Assembly (NCBI GenBank): GCA_038204425.1
Contig: JBBRCZ010000001.1
Coordinates: forward strand, 352,001-416,000
Source: Spirochaetia bacterium
GTDB lineage: Bacteria > Spirochaetota > Spirochaetia > DSM-27196 > Salinispiraceae
DNA length: 64,000 nucleotides
Reading direction: 5' to 3'
Shown here piece after piece: positions 9,512 through 19,425 of this stretch (within the stretch, counting starts at the first letter, position 1; each line of letters starts with the position of its first letter). The notes below the pieces were generated by a model, which saw only the letters and a program-made list of their open reading frames with translations, was not told the origin of the DNA and ran no database searches. The position numbers and the translations under genes were made by a program.

Positions 9512-10425
9512 ACGAAGGTTTCTACAAATCAGAGGCGAGTGAAGACTTCAACAAAGCCCGAGGCAAAGAAGCTTTATTGCGGATTTTTAGTATGCTTTGG
9601 CCGCAAAAAGAAGAATTGCTTTCTTTTGAAGAAGTTCGTGCCCTGATGCAACCTAAGCGCCAGTCATATCGAGGGCTTCAAACCATATCTATAAAGTTGA
9701 TTGTTGGCAGTGAAGGACGATATAAGGACTTTAACAAATCATTTTTGCCGCGTAAAGAACACCTGAGAAATCGATGGACAAGAGTTGACGAAGCCCGACT
9801 AAGCGACATTATTCTGCCACCAATACAACTGTATGAGCTAGGCGGCGTCTATTTTGTACGAGACGGCAACCATCGAGTAAGCGTTGCTAAAAGCCAAGGT
9901 TGTGAGGCTATCGACGCGGAAGTCATTTCGCTTGACTCGCGGATAACCTTGTATCCAAAAATGACTCGAGAGGACCTCTATCAGGCAATTCTTGACTATG
10001 AATATGAAAGCTTTCTTGACAAGACCAACATCAAAGAATATTTTCCTGAGTCAGACTTTAAGCTAACCTGTACCGGTAGATATGATGAAATAATGTACCA
10101 TATCTTTGTCCACAAATATTACGCCAATCAGGGCTACGATCAGGAAATACCATTTTCCGAAGCAGTTAAGTCTTGGTACCACAATGTATATAAACCAATA
10201 GCTGAGATTGTTGAGCACGAAGGGCTTTTAGCTGGGTTTCCTGGCAAAACCATCTCTGATCTCTATGTTTGGGTTGTCAAACACTGGCATTTTCTAAAAG
10301 AAAAGTATGGTGATGAAATTAGCGCCAAGGAAGCGGCTGTAAGCTATTTTCAAATCTATGGAAAAACATTTATGCAACGTTTTGAAGATTTTGTAAGCAG
10401 ACTCTTAGGTGGTCACAAAAAATGA
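9508..10425 (+). CDS. ParB/sulfiredoxin-like N-terminal domain protein (DUF4032-related)
   Basis: PPIQLYELGGVYFVRDGNHRVSVAK motif; C-terminal HKYY...SWY...DLYVWVVKH; 4-nt overlap (GTGA) with the upstream gene. Confidence 0.75.
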   Translation: MNEGFYKSEASEDFNKARGKEALLRIFSMLWPQKEELLSFEEVRALMQPKRQSYRGLQTISIKLIVGSEGRYKDFNKSFLPRKEHLRNRWTRVDEARLSDIILPPIQLYELGGVYFVRDGNHRVSVAKSQGCEAIDAEVISLDSRITLYPKMTREDLYQAILDYEYESFLDKTNIKEYFPESDFKLTCTGRYDEIMYHIFVHKYYANQGYDQEIPFSEAVKSWYHNVYKPIAEIVEHEGLLAGFPGKTISDLYVWVVKHWHFLKEKYGDEISAKEAAVSYFQIYGKTFMQRFEDFVSRLLGGHKK

Positions 10426-10442
10426 AGCCACAAAAAAGTAAG

Positions 10443-11135
10443 TCAGTTGGGCAGTTTCCATGGTCCTGATGAATTGAGTATTCGTTGGTCGTTGTAGAGA
10501 TCGCTAATTACAATGCTTGTTGTCCCAAGGCTCCTAAGCTCTTTCAGTAGAATTGAGTTTCCTGCAACCTGAAATACTTTCTTGAGATTTCCTGAGATAT
10601 CGAGGCAATGTATTTCTCTATAGAGACTTGATTGAAGTGCTGGCTCAATTCTCAATTCTCCATCGCTGATCATGAGTTTTGGAATTTCTGGCAATTTTCG
10701 ACCAATTTCTTGGTTAAGTGTTAATACAATTCGGTCGGACTCACCATCATAGTTTTCTATATACAGTTCATAGTTGCCTTTGGGGAAGTCTTCTCCCCAA
10801 GCTGGAGAGATACTTGAGGAAGCCAGCCAGTATTCTCCTGACTCAATATTTTTTTTGAGGTCACTGCTATCAATCGCCCAATAGAGTTCACTACTTTGAT
10901 GAAACAGTACTGCGGTAGCAATGTTTTTGATATGCTTGTCACTAGCCACCCTAAACAGAAGCAGAAGTCTGTTGTCGGTCGTTTTTTCTTGGGGATTGTA
11001 GGTCTGCTGCAGATATAAGCGTGATTCAAGCGGAACAGCGCGTTCATTTCGGCACGAAATCGTGCTCAATAGCGATAACAAAACAAAAAGCGGAACCGCA
11101 AGGTTCCGCCATTGAAGTCTCTTACTCATTTTCAC
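10443..11135 (-). CDS. Hypothetical lipoprotein
   Basis: Hydrophobic signal ending in LSTISC (lipobox-like); start may be 11129. Confidence 0.6.
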   Translation of the reverse strand: MKMSKRLQWRNLAVPLFVLLSLLSTISCRNERAVPLESRLYLQQTYNPQEKTTDNRLLLLFRVASDKHIKNIATAVLFHQSSELYWAIDSSDLKKNIESGEYWLASSSISPAWGEDFPKGNYELYIENYDGESDRIVLTLNQEIGRKLPEIPKLMISDGELRIEPALQSSLYREIHCLDISGNLKKVFQVAGNSILLKELRSLGTTSIVISDLYNDQRILNSSGPWKLPN

Positions 11136-11345
11136 TCAAAAGGATTTGCCGTTCTGAATTTTACGAATTTTCTTCATTAGTTTTCGTTCCAGAGCTTTCT
11201 TTTTCCTGTTGCGGATGGTGGAAGGCTTTTCGAAATATTCACGCTTCTTCCACTCTCGAATGATACCTTCTTTTTCAACCATACGTTTAAAACGTTTGAT
11301 TGCTTTTTCCAAATTTTCTGTATCGTCTACCTTGATAAATGCCAT
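11136..11345 (-). CDS. rpsU: 30S ribosomal protein S21
   Basis: [21 protein letters not shown]...[17 protein letters not shown] upstream of ATG at 11345. Confidence 0.97.
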   Translation of the reverse strand: MAFIKVDDTENLEKAIKRFKRMVEKEGIIREWKKREYFEKPSTIRNRKKKALERKLMKKIRKIQNGKSF

Positions 11346-11366
11346 GGTAATCACCCCCTCTCTGCA

Positions 11367-12350
11367 TTAAGGTTCAAAAGGTAAGCCAATTATGCCCAAA
11401 AATGCTTCTTTGTCAAGGTTTCTGTAGCGCAAGAGTGACTCTGGATCAGCACTTTGACCTTGAATCCGGAGCTCCCAGTGTAAATGTGGCCCGGTAACAA
11501 GACCCGTTGAACCACTGATTCCAATCTGCGTACCCGCTTGGGCCCAAGTCTTGTTGGCTAGCGAAAGCTCTGAAAGATGATAGTAGAGGGAAAAAACTCC
11601 GGCAAGGTGCCTGACTACTACCGTATTCCCCGTCACAATACGTAGCTTGGCGAGTACAAGTTCACCAATTCCTGCCACCTGGACTGTTTTGCCGCCGCCA
11701 CCGTAATCCATTCCATAGTGAAGACTAAACGCAGAACTTCCATCACTATAGCGCCATTCCCTATGGTCGGCAAAAGCGCCTGATCTGCGGGAAAGATTTT
11801 GTGGATACTGCCAAACAGGCATCTCTGTTATTATTACTTGTTCAAAACTCTTTAACAATTCTTGCATTTCTCGAGTTTCTTCTTGTTTTTTTTGATCTAT
11901 CATGGTTCTTAGATTTGTCATCGATTTTCCCAGCGTCAAAACATCCAGTGGAAAATTTCTTTTTAGTACCGGAAGCGTTGTCGACCAGATAGCTTGCTTA
12001 CTAAGTTCATCAACGATTTCTATACTGTAGACCTCGGGTACTCTCAAAACAGGAATAGGAACGTAGAATAGATCAACTGAATACAATCCGTCTCGCAGGA
12101 TTTCAATTGACTTAAGTTTCAGATCAATGATATCGGAAGCAAATTCTTTTTTTACTAGCTGAAGCTCGAGCAAATGGTGTGATTTTGCCACTTGTTGCTT
12201 CTTGCGTAGACAAACAATCCGATAGACCTCGCCTTGAACCGCATAAGAGTCCTGAGCAAACACTCGTGTAATCTCGGAACCAAAGGCGGTCTCTGACAGA
12301 AAAAACAAAGCTGCACCCCACAGCAGTGTAAAGATCGCGCGAGCCTTCAC
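11367..12350 (-). CDS. M23 family metallopeptidase
   Basis: HYGMD (HxxxD), SLYYHL, GSTGLVTGPHLHWE (HxH); signal peptide. Confidence 0.9.
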   Translation of the reverse strand: MKARAIFTLLWGAALFFLSETAFGSEITRVFAQDSYAVQGEVYRIVCLRKKQQVAKSHHLLELQLVKKEFASDIIDLKLKSIEILRDGLYSVDLFYVPIPVLRVPEVYSIEIVDELSKQAIWSTTLPVLKRNFPLDVLTLGKSMTNLRTMIDQKKQEETREMQELLKSFEQVIITEMPVWQYPQNLSRRSGAFADHREWRYSDGSSAFSLHYGMDYGGGGKTVQVAGIGELVLAKLRIVTGNTVVVRHLAGVFSLYYHLSELSLANKTWAQAGTQIGISGSTGLVTGPHLHWELRIQGQSADPESLLRYRNLDKEAFLGIIGLPFEP

Positions 12351-14470
12351 TTGATGTTTACACTACGTTGCATATCATGCACTACCAATTGAAGACTTGT
12401 ACTTGGGCCAAACGTCTTCTTCTCTAATCTAAACTGAATATCGACCGATTCACCTAGTGAAAAATCTCTACCAATTTTTGTAGCTGCATCCCAATATACT
12501 GCTGGCCAGGTTCGGCTACCCATGCCGAGCAAGAGTTTAAGGTGATTTTTTTCTTTGCCTATTAGGTTGGCTTCATTGATGCGTGCACTGCTAAAGCCAT
12601 ACAAAATACCTGGAGAATCATTGCCGGTTGGTAAGAAGACTTCTTCTGTTTTCCAAAGGTTTTCACTCATTTCGTTTTCACTGACGATAATATCCAATGG
12701 CACAAAGTCAGGGTCATTATCTTCTAGGCTTACCTGCTCAATTGCCTTTAGTACACTTTGCCAAAATACTTGAAATTTCTCTTCACTGAGCGAAAATCCA
12801 CCTGCCGCATCATGTCCCCCAAATGCCAAAAGGCTGTCTTCAAACTGAGAAAGAAATTGGGTAACCTTAAGCCCTCTAACGGTACGCATACTGCCAACCA
12901 GCTTGTTTTCCAGCTTGGTCATAATTATGGCTGGAACATTAAATTCCCGTGCAATACGATTTGCCAAAATTCCTGTAATGCCACGACTAATTTGATCGTC
13001 TCTGACTATCACCATTCGGTTTCCATTGGCTTCGACAAAAGTACGTGCATCGCCCCTAATGCGCTTGAGGGCCAGCTCACCTTGTTTTTTTCGATCCTCA
13101 TTCATTGCCATTAAGTCTTTTACTATTGCAATTGCTTGTTGAGGGTCTTTACAAAGCAGTAAGTTGACGCCTATGTCAGGTTTTCCCAGTCTACCTGCAG
13201 AATTCAAGATCGGTGTCAGGCGCCATCCAATGTCCTTAGCTTGGATAGATTCTTGTAGCATGCCTATTTCGCGCATGAGTGTATGAATTCCGGTGTACTT
13301 AGTTTTTGGCAATGTCTCAAGTCCACGCCTTAGCATAATTCTATTTTCGTCTGAAATGGGCATCATATCGGCAACTATGCTCAACGAAACCATTCCGAGC
13401 TTGGAGAGGTGATTTTCCCATGCTTGCTCGGCTTGTTGCTTGCAATACGCGTCAAATAGACCCTTTAGAACGTCGATTTCTGCTGGACGTTCCAAAGAAA
13501 ACTTGACCAACTTAGAGCCGGATAACATGCGAAGCAATGATTTGTTGCTGAGCTCTGGAAAAACTTTATATATAGCCGGAGCTAAATCTTCTACGTAGAC
13601 GTCAGTACCTTTTCCAAATAACCGTGTGAGTAACGGGGACTGCACGCCAGCGTCATAGACGAACAAAGGGCTACCTTGCAGGAAAGGGACTACTCGAGAA
13701 AACAAGACGTTAGAATTTCCGTCTACAATGTGTTCTTGTAGTCTGGCCACTTCAATCAGGTTTCTGATTTTAACTCCTTCAAAAGTCACGCCACCATTTC
13801 CTGGACAAAGGTTTATCAAGCAAAACTCTTGACCGTACCATGGGCTTTTGGCAAGGTCCCATGCGAGCAATACTTTTGACACCAGCGCAGCAGCACATAG
13901 GCCTTCAAAAGGATACTGACAATCAGGAACTTTTGGATCAATGATGGCTACGGCCGCCGGTAGCTCATCACGAGGGTTGTGGTGATCGATTACGATCACA
14001 TCAATTCCAAGTTCAACTGCTAAATCAATTTCATCTAAACAAGTAATGCCACAATCTACCGTTATAATGAGAGTAATACCCTCGTTGTGAGCCCAGTCGA
14101 CAACCTCGTTACTTATACCGTAGTTTTCGTCATCCATTGGCAGACGCCATTGGGTTTCTATTCCTGCATCGATAAGGTGTTCGACCATCAAAGCGATACT
14201 GGTCATGCCATCGACATCACGGTCGCCAAAAACCAACACGCGCTCTTTGTGGTCTCGGGCTTGTTCTAGTCTCTCGACTACGTTATCCATTTCTTCAAAA
14301 AGAAAAGGATTGTGGGTGCTCTTTAGGTTGTGATCAAGATAAAATCGAACAGACTCTGGTTTAGTTATGCCGCGTCTTATGAAAATTTCAGCTGCCGGGG
14401 CTTGGACATTGAAGCGATCCACAAAAGCTTTAACTTCTGTACTATCGACGGGAGCAAGGGTAAAATTCAT
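12347..14470 (-). CDS. recJ: Single-stranded-DNA-specific exonuclease RecJ
   Basis: GDRDVDG, TVDCG, IDHH, ADMMP, NSAGRL, GGHDAAGG motifs. Confidence 0.95.
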   Translation of the reverse strand: MNFTLAPVDSTEVKAFVDRFNVQAPAAEIFIRRGITKPESVRFYLDHNLKSTHNPFLFEEMDNVVERLEQARDHKERVLVFGDRDVDGMTSIALMVEHLIDAGIETQWRLPMDDENYGISNEVVDWAHNEGITLIITVDCGITCLDEIDLAVELGIDVIVIDHHNPRDELPAAVAIIDPKVPDCQYPFEGLCAAALVSKVLLAWDLAKSPWYGQEFCLINLCPGNGGVTFEGVKIRNLIEVARLQEHIVDGNSNVLFSRVVPFLQGSPLFVYDAGVQSPLLTRLFGKGTDVYVEDLAPAIYKVFPELSNKSLLRMLSGSKLVKFSLERPAEIDVLKGLFDAYCKQQAEQAWENHLSKLGMVSLSIVADMMPISDENRIMLRRGLETLPKTKYTGIHTLMREIGMLQESIQAKDIGWRLTPILNSAGRLGKPDIGVNLLLCKDPQQAIAIVKDLMAMNEDRKKQGELALKRIRGDARTFVEANGNRMVIVRDDQISRGITGILANRIAREFNVPAIIMTKLENKLVGSMRTVRGLKVTQFLSQFEDSLLAFGGHDAAGGFSLSEEKFQVFWQSVLKAIEQVSLEDNDPDFVPLDIIVSENEMSENLWKTEEVFLPTGNDSPGILYGFSSARINEANLIGKEKNHLKLLLGMGSRTWPAVYWDAATKIGRDFSLGESVDIQFRLEKKTFGPSTSLQLVVHDMQRSVNIK

Positions 14471-15831
14471 TCGGGATATACCACCTGGGCTACAACCGGT
14501 CTTTGGTTGGGTTTATGATGCTCGATTCTTACAGAACTTGTAAGCAAGGGCAATGCCTTAGCGAGACTGTCACTGTCTTCGGCATAAACTTCTGCGATTA
14601 GCTGGTCTTTGAGGACTTTGGCTGTCCTAGCGAAATGAAAGACTATGCCAACATCGGCTAAAACTTGGTCGTCAAGTTTACTACGCCCGGCACCAAGTAT
14701 TGTCGCAGCATTTCCAACGGCTAGAGCGTTCCAGTCAGTCAGGTAGCCATCCTGGTCAGCATAGAGCTCATGTTTTATTCTTGCACGGCGGGTGTACTTT
14801 TGAGCCAATAACAGGTCAAAATTGCCACCCTGAGCCTCTATGTTGGAAGCGAAAGACTGCAGCGCACGTCCACTGGTCAATGCGTCAATACAAGCTTGCA
14901 TGGCCAGCCCGCGATTTTGATACTTGGGGCTAAGCAGTAGCATTGAACTAGCTAGTTCCAGACTGAGCTCCATAAGTGTTGCCGAAATTCCTTCGACTTT
15001 TAAGTGCCCCTGGTACCATTCAATTTTGTACAAACCGTCACCATGGTATTGCAGGCAACGCAGGCATTCTTCGACTTCCAGATAGTTTCCAACACAGTAG
15101 CCGAGTGGAAATGACATGTCGGTAAGCAGGGCAAGCGAGTCTCTACCAAGATGCCTGGCGGTCTGTATCAAAGATTTAGCCAAAGTCAATGCACTACTTT
15201 GGTCTTTCATAAATGCACCGGAACCAAACTTAACATCAAAAACGAAGCCTTTGGCGCCTTCTGCATATTTTTTTGAAAGTATGCTGGCAGTGATTAAAGG
15301 AATCGATTCTATCGTAGCTGTAACGTCACGCAAAGCATAAAGCAATCGATCCGCCGGAACAATTTCTTTGGTTTGACCAGTCATCGCGAAACCCGCTTGG
15401 GACAAAGTGGTCAAAAATTCTGCCTGCGTCAATTGAGACTTATAACCAAGGATAGCATCAAGCTTGTCTAAGGTGCCACCAGTGTGCCCAAGGCTGCGCC
15501 CACTCATCATGGGAACCATCAATCCGCAGGCGGCAACTATTGGGGCTACAATCAAAGAAGTTTTGTCACCTACACCACCGGTTGAATGTTTATCGACCAA
15601 ATATGCAGATACCGAGCTTAGGTCAAACTGTTCACCTGACTCAATCATGGCCCAGGTCAAAGCACTCGTTTCTGCGGCGGTCATACCCGTAAAATAGCTT
15701 GCCATTAACCAAGCAGAAATTTGGTAGTCGGGAATCTGGCCGGCCACATAGCCATTTACCAAATAAGAAATTTCTGTACTGCTGAGCTCCTCACCGTTGC
15801 GTTTCTTGGTAATTATGTCTACGGTTCTCAC
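14467..15831 (-). CDS. pdp: Pyrimidine-nucleoside/thymidine phosphorylase
   Basis: VDKHSTGGVGDKTS, MMSGRSLGHTGGTLDKL, ASILSKK; likely GTG start at 15831 (MRTVDIITKKR). Confidence 0.93.
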   Translation of the reverse strand: MRTVDIITKKRNGEELSSTEISYLVNGYVAGQIPDYQISAWLMASYFTGMTAAETSALTWAMIESGEQFDLSSVSAYLVDKHSTGGVGDKTSLIVAPIVAACGLMVPMMSGRSLGHTGGTLDKLDAILGYKSQLTQAEFLTTLSQAGFAMTGQTKEIVPADRLLYALRDVTATIESIPLITASILSKKYAEGAKGFVFDVKFGSGAFMKDQSSALTLAKSLIQTARHLGRDSLALLTDMSFPLGYCVGNYLEVEECLRCLQYHGDGLYKIEWYQGHLKVEGISATLMELSLELASSMLLLSPKYQNRGLAMQACIDALTSGRALQSFASNIEAQGGNFDLLLAQKYTRRARIKHELYADQDGYLTDWNALAVGNAATILGAGRSKLDDQVLADVGIVFHFARTAKVLKDQLIAEVYAEDSDSLAKALPLLTSSVRIEHHKPNQRPVVAQVVYPE

Positions 15832-15890
15832 CAAAGGCCTCCGTTCAAAAAATTGTAGCACAGTCCAGCTTTTTGCGGTATGCTACCAAC

Positions 15891-16379
15891 ATGAAGGACT
15901 ATAAGCTTTTTGTTGATTTGGATGGCGTTCTGTGTGATTTTGATTCAGGAGTTCTTGCAATTTGCGGCAAGTCACCATCAGAGCTTTTGCCCTCTCAGAT
16001 GTGGTCCCAACTTGCACGCAGCCCCGGTTTCTATGATCGACTACAGTGGACTCAAGATGGCCACTTGCTGTGGGACAGCGTAAAAGACTACAAACCGACA
16101 ATTTTGACGGGTTTGCCACGAGGAAATTGGGCTGAAGGTCAGAAGCGCTCGTGGTGTCGTCGAGAGCTCGGGCCAGATGTGCCAGTAGTTACCTGCCTAT
16201 CAAGAGAAAAAGCACTTAGGGCCAGCAGTTTGCTTACAGAGAACCAGGTTGCCGTACTTGTTGATGATCGCCTAAATCTCAAAGAAGATTGGCAGGCCAT
16301 TGGCGGAATTTTTGTCTGGCACCAAAATTCACTTAAAAGCCTGCAACAACTTGCCATGCTTGGTTTCAAGACAGTATAA
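15891..16379 (+). CDS. HAD-superfamily 5'(3')-deoxyribonucleotidase-like phosphatase
   Basis: Motif I FVDLDGVLCDF, ILTG, K, LVDDR; ATG at 15891. Confidence 0.8.
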   Translation: MKDYKLFVDLDGVLCDFDSGVLAICGKSPSELLPSQMWSQLARSPGFYDRLQWTQDGHLLWDSVKDYKPTILTGLPRGNWAEGQKRSWCRRELGPDVPVVTCLSREKALRASSLLTENQVAVLVDDRLNLKEDWQAIGGIFVWHQNSLKSLQQLAMLGFKTV

Positions 16380-17037
16380 ACGGATCTAAGTTTTTAAGTT
16401 CGAATCCAAACACTTGTTCAATACCTCGACAAAATACAATCAAGAATGCACGCATGAGAGAATGTTCCAAATTAGGTAACTCTGGGTCTGCCAAATCTCT
16501 AGCAAAGGCTTCTCTTAAAAAGTTTTTTATTTGATCGTGCTCGGTAAATGATTGCAAGCTAGTGTTTAGTAGTTCATGATGAAAACCAAGATTTCCCATA
16601 TAGCGCCAAAGAAAAATCAGCAAACGCTTTTCTAGCTCGTACCGTTGTCCAATCCATTTGCTTACTGCACGCAACAACTGAGATACAAGTTCAAATGGCC
16701 AAAGCATTTCGAGCTCCAGCGGAGTTTTTTGCACCAACTCACTTACAAAACTCGCTAGGTAGATGGATTGTAGATCTGACCTAATCTCCATCGCGTCATG
16801 CAATAATTCCACATCACGCATGCTTATTTGCTTCTTTTCGAGATCGTGATAGAGCCAAACTCTAAGGTGATTAAAGGGTTGACAAGCACTCCGATTACGC
16901 GATTTTTCGCTGCGGAGTCCAAATGCGTTTACCCAAACGTGGGCTTGGGTTTGAGTCAATAACAATAGACTGGCGTGTTTTTCTGCGAGTGGCCTGATTT
17001 TTAGTACTAAAGCTTCTTCATTTACGTATCGACGCAT
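16366..17037 (-). CDS. recO: DNA repair protein RecO
   Basis: EALVLKIRPLAEKHASLLLLT...AFGLRSEKSR...QPF OB-fold N-terminus; IRSDL..IYLASFVSEL. Confidence 0.8.
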   Translation of the reverse strand: MRRYVNEEALVLKIRPLAEKHASLLLLTQTQAHVWVNAFGLRSEKSRNRSACQPFNHLRVWLYHDLEKKQISMRDVELLHDAMEIRSDLQSIYLASFVSELVQKTPLELEMLWPFELVSQLLRAVSKWIGQRYELEKRLLIFLWRYMGNLGFHHELLNTSLQSFTEHDQIKNFLREAFARDLADPELPNLEHSLMRAFLIVFCRGIEQVFGFELKNLDPFILS

Positions 17038-17067
17038 TACCCTTGCCTTTAGTATATTCTTGCGATC

Positions 17068-19425
17068 ATGTCAAATCAACAGATCGTACCACTCGAGCAC
17101 ACTCTACCCAGCAAACTTAGAATTATTCCACTTTCTGGTAAACCGATTTACCCAGGGATAATAACTCCTTTGATGCTCAACAGTCCCGAAGATCTTCAAT
17201 CAGTCGAAGAAGTTCTAGATTCGGACGGATTTCTTGGCTTAGTATTGGTCAAAGATCCCGACCAAGAAGATCCTGACTCAAGCGACTTGTATAAGACCGG
17301 AACTATAGCAAGAATAATAAAGAAGATTAATCTACCTGACGGTGGTATTAACGTAATCATCACTACGCTTAAGCGCTTTACTATCAAAAAGTACGTGCAA
17401 AAACAGAAGCCTTTGGTAGCTATTGTGACCTATCCTGAAGAAATTCTGGAAGAAACTATAGAAGTTAAGGCTCTAACGCGCTTCCTCTTAACTGAAATGA
17501 AGGCAATCTCCGAGAACAACCCGCTTTTTTCGGAAGAAATGCGGCTCAACATGGTCAACATCGACCATCCGGGTAAAATCGCCGATTTTGTTACAGGCAT
17601 TCTAAATATAGATCGCAAAGACCAACAGAAGATTCTGGAAACTTTTGATATCAAGTTGCGTATGGAACACGTCTTGGTCTTTATCAAGAAGGAACAAGAA
17701 TTACTAAAGATCCAGAAAAAGATTCAATCTCAGATCAATGATAAAATAGAGCATAGTCAACGAGAATACTTTCTTAAGGAACAACTTAGACTGATCAAGC
17801 AAGAGCTCGGTATTGCCGTCGACACCAAAAGTGAGGAATACAATCGATTTGTGGAAGCCATGAAGAAACTAAGCCTGACAGGGGAAGTAAAGGATCAGGT
17901 AGAAAGAGAATTGGAGAAATTCTCTTTGATGGATCCCAATGGTTCCGAATACCACGTAACCAGAAACTACCTCGAAACCATTTTTAGCCTGCCATGGAAG
18001 GATGCAGATCCAGTCAAAATTGATTTGATTAAGGCTCGTCGTATTTTGGATGCTGATCACTACGGCCTCGAGGACGTTAAAGAGAGAATACTTGAATACC
18101 TTGCAGTAATGAGTAGATCAGGAAGCACCCGCGGTTCTATCCTATGTCTGGTCGGCCCACCCGGAGTTGGCAAGACCAGCATTGGGAAGTCTATCGCTCG
18201 GGCGCTCAAAAAAGAATTCTTTCGGTTTTCCGTTGGTGGGATGCGCGATGAAGCCGAAATCAAAGGCCACAGACGAACGTATGTCGGAGCGATGCCTGGA
18301 AAAATAATTCAAGGACTAAAAATAGTTAAGAGTCCGAACCCTGTGTTTATGATCGACGAGATTGACAAGTTGGGCCAAAGTTACCAAGGAGATCCTTCTT
18401 CTGCGCTACTTGAGGTTCTCGACCCAGAACAAAACAGTGCGTTTCGCGACCACTATCTGGACTTACCTTTTGACATCAGCAGAATCATGTTTATAACAAC
18501 TGCCAACACAATAGACAGTATTCCTGCTCCCTTGCTTGATCGCATGGAAGTGATCCGCTTGTCCGGTTATATCGCGCAAGAAAAAATCTCGATCGCCAAG
18601 AAATATTTGATTCCCAAAAGTGCGAAGAAGCATGGCTTGGCAGCCAACGAGGTAGTCTTTGAAAAATCTGCCTTACTGTCAATCGCTGAGGACTATGCAC
18701 GTGAAGCTGGCGTACGAAACTATGAAAAATTTCTAGATAAGATCCATCGAAAAATCACTAAAAAGCTTGTCGAGGGTAATGTGAGCACACCTATCAACAT
18801 TGAATCCTCAGACCTAGAAGCATATCTCGGTATGCCACTTTGGCGTGGAGATGAGCAAATTGACAACAAGCAGGCAGGAATTGTAACTGGGCTGGCTTGG
18901 ACTAATTATGGTGGGGATACCTTAAGCATTGAGGCTATTGCCATACCCGGAAAAGAAGGTTTTACCTTGACTGGGCAGTTGGGCTCGGTAATGCAGGAAT
19001 CAGCTGGTATTGCATTGTCATACGTAAAGTCAATTGCACCGTCCTGGGGTGTAAGTCCTGATTTTTTTACCCAACATGGTATTCATTTGCACATTCCAGC
19101 TGGCGCAACGCCAAAAGATGGACCATCGGCTGGCATAACTATGGCATCTTGTCTTTTGTCGTTGATTACCAACAAAAGGATTGATACCAAAACGGCCATG
19201 ACAGGGGAACTGAGCCTTGCTGGCCGCGTGCTAGCAATTGGTGGTCTAAAAGAAAAAACGATCGCCGCGCGAAGAGCAGGAATTAAAGACATTATTATTC
19301 CAAAAGCCAACGAACGTGACCTTACTGAAATTCCTGACATAATCAAAAAGGACATCCGTTTTCATGCTTGCACTTCTATCGATCAGGTTTTTGCGCTAAT
19401 ATTTGTAAAAAAAGGTGACAAATGA
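17068..19425 (+). CDS. lon: ATP-dependent protease La
   Basis: Walker A GPPGVGKTS, Walker B IDEIDK, catalytic PKDGPSAG and IGGLKEK. Confidence 0.98.
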   Translation: MSNQQIVPLEHTLPSKLRIIPLSGKPIYPGIITPLMLNSPEDLQSVEEVLDSDGFLGLVLVKDPDQEDPDSSDLYKTGTIARIIKKINLPDGGINVIITTLKRFTIKKYVQKQKPLVAIVTYPEEILEETIEVKALTRFLLTEMKAISENNPLFSEEMRLNMVNIDHPGKIADFVTGILNIDRKDQQKILETFDIKLRMEHVLVFIKKEQELLKIQKKIQSQINDKIEHSQREYFLKEQLRLIKQELGIAVDTKSEEYNRFVEAMKKLSLTGEVKDQVERELEKFSLMDPNGSEYHVTRNYLETIFSLPWKDADPVKIDLIKARRILDADHYGLEDVKERILEYLAVMSRSGSTRGSILCLVGPPGVGKTSIGKSIARALKKEFFRFSVGGMRDEAEIKGHRRTYVGAMPGKIIQGLKIVKSPNPVFMIDEIDKLGQSYQGDPSSALLEVLDPEQNSAFRDHYLDLPFDISRIMFITTANTIDSIPAPLLDRMEVIRLSGYIAQEKISIAKKYLIPKSAKKHGLAANEVVFEKSALLSIAEDYAREAGVRNYEKFLDKIHRKITKKLVEGNVSTPINIESSDLEAYLGMPLWRGDEQIDNKQAGIVTGLAWTNYGGDTLSIEAIAIPGKEGFTLTGQLGSVMQESAGIALSYVKSIAPSWGVSPDFFTQHGIHLHIPAGATPKDGPSAGITMASCLLSLITNKRIDTKTAMTGELSLAGRVLAIGGLKEKTIAARRAGIKDIIIPKANERDLTEIPDIIKKDIRFHACTSIDQVFALIFVKKGDK

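Noticed and set aside
7473..10425. Reading TPR-Mrr, phosphoesterase and ParB-like genes as an anti-phage defence island
   Set aside because: Embedded among housekeeping genes, nuclease motif degenerate, no methylase, integrase or other defence genes nearby
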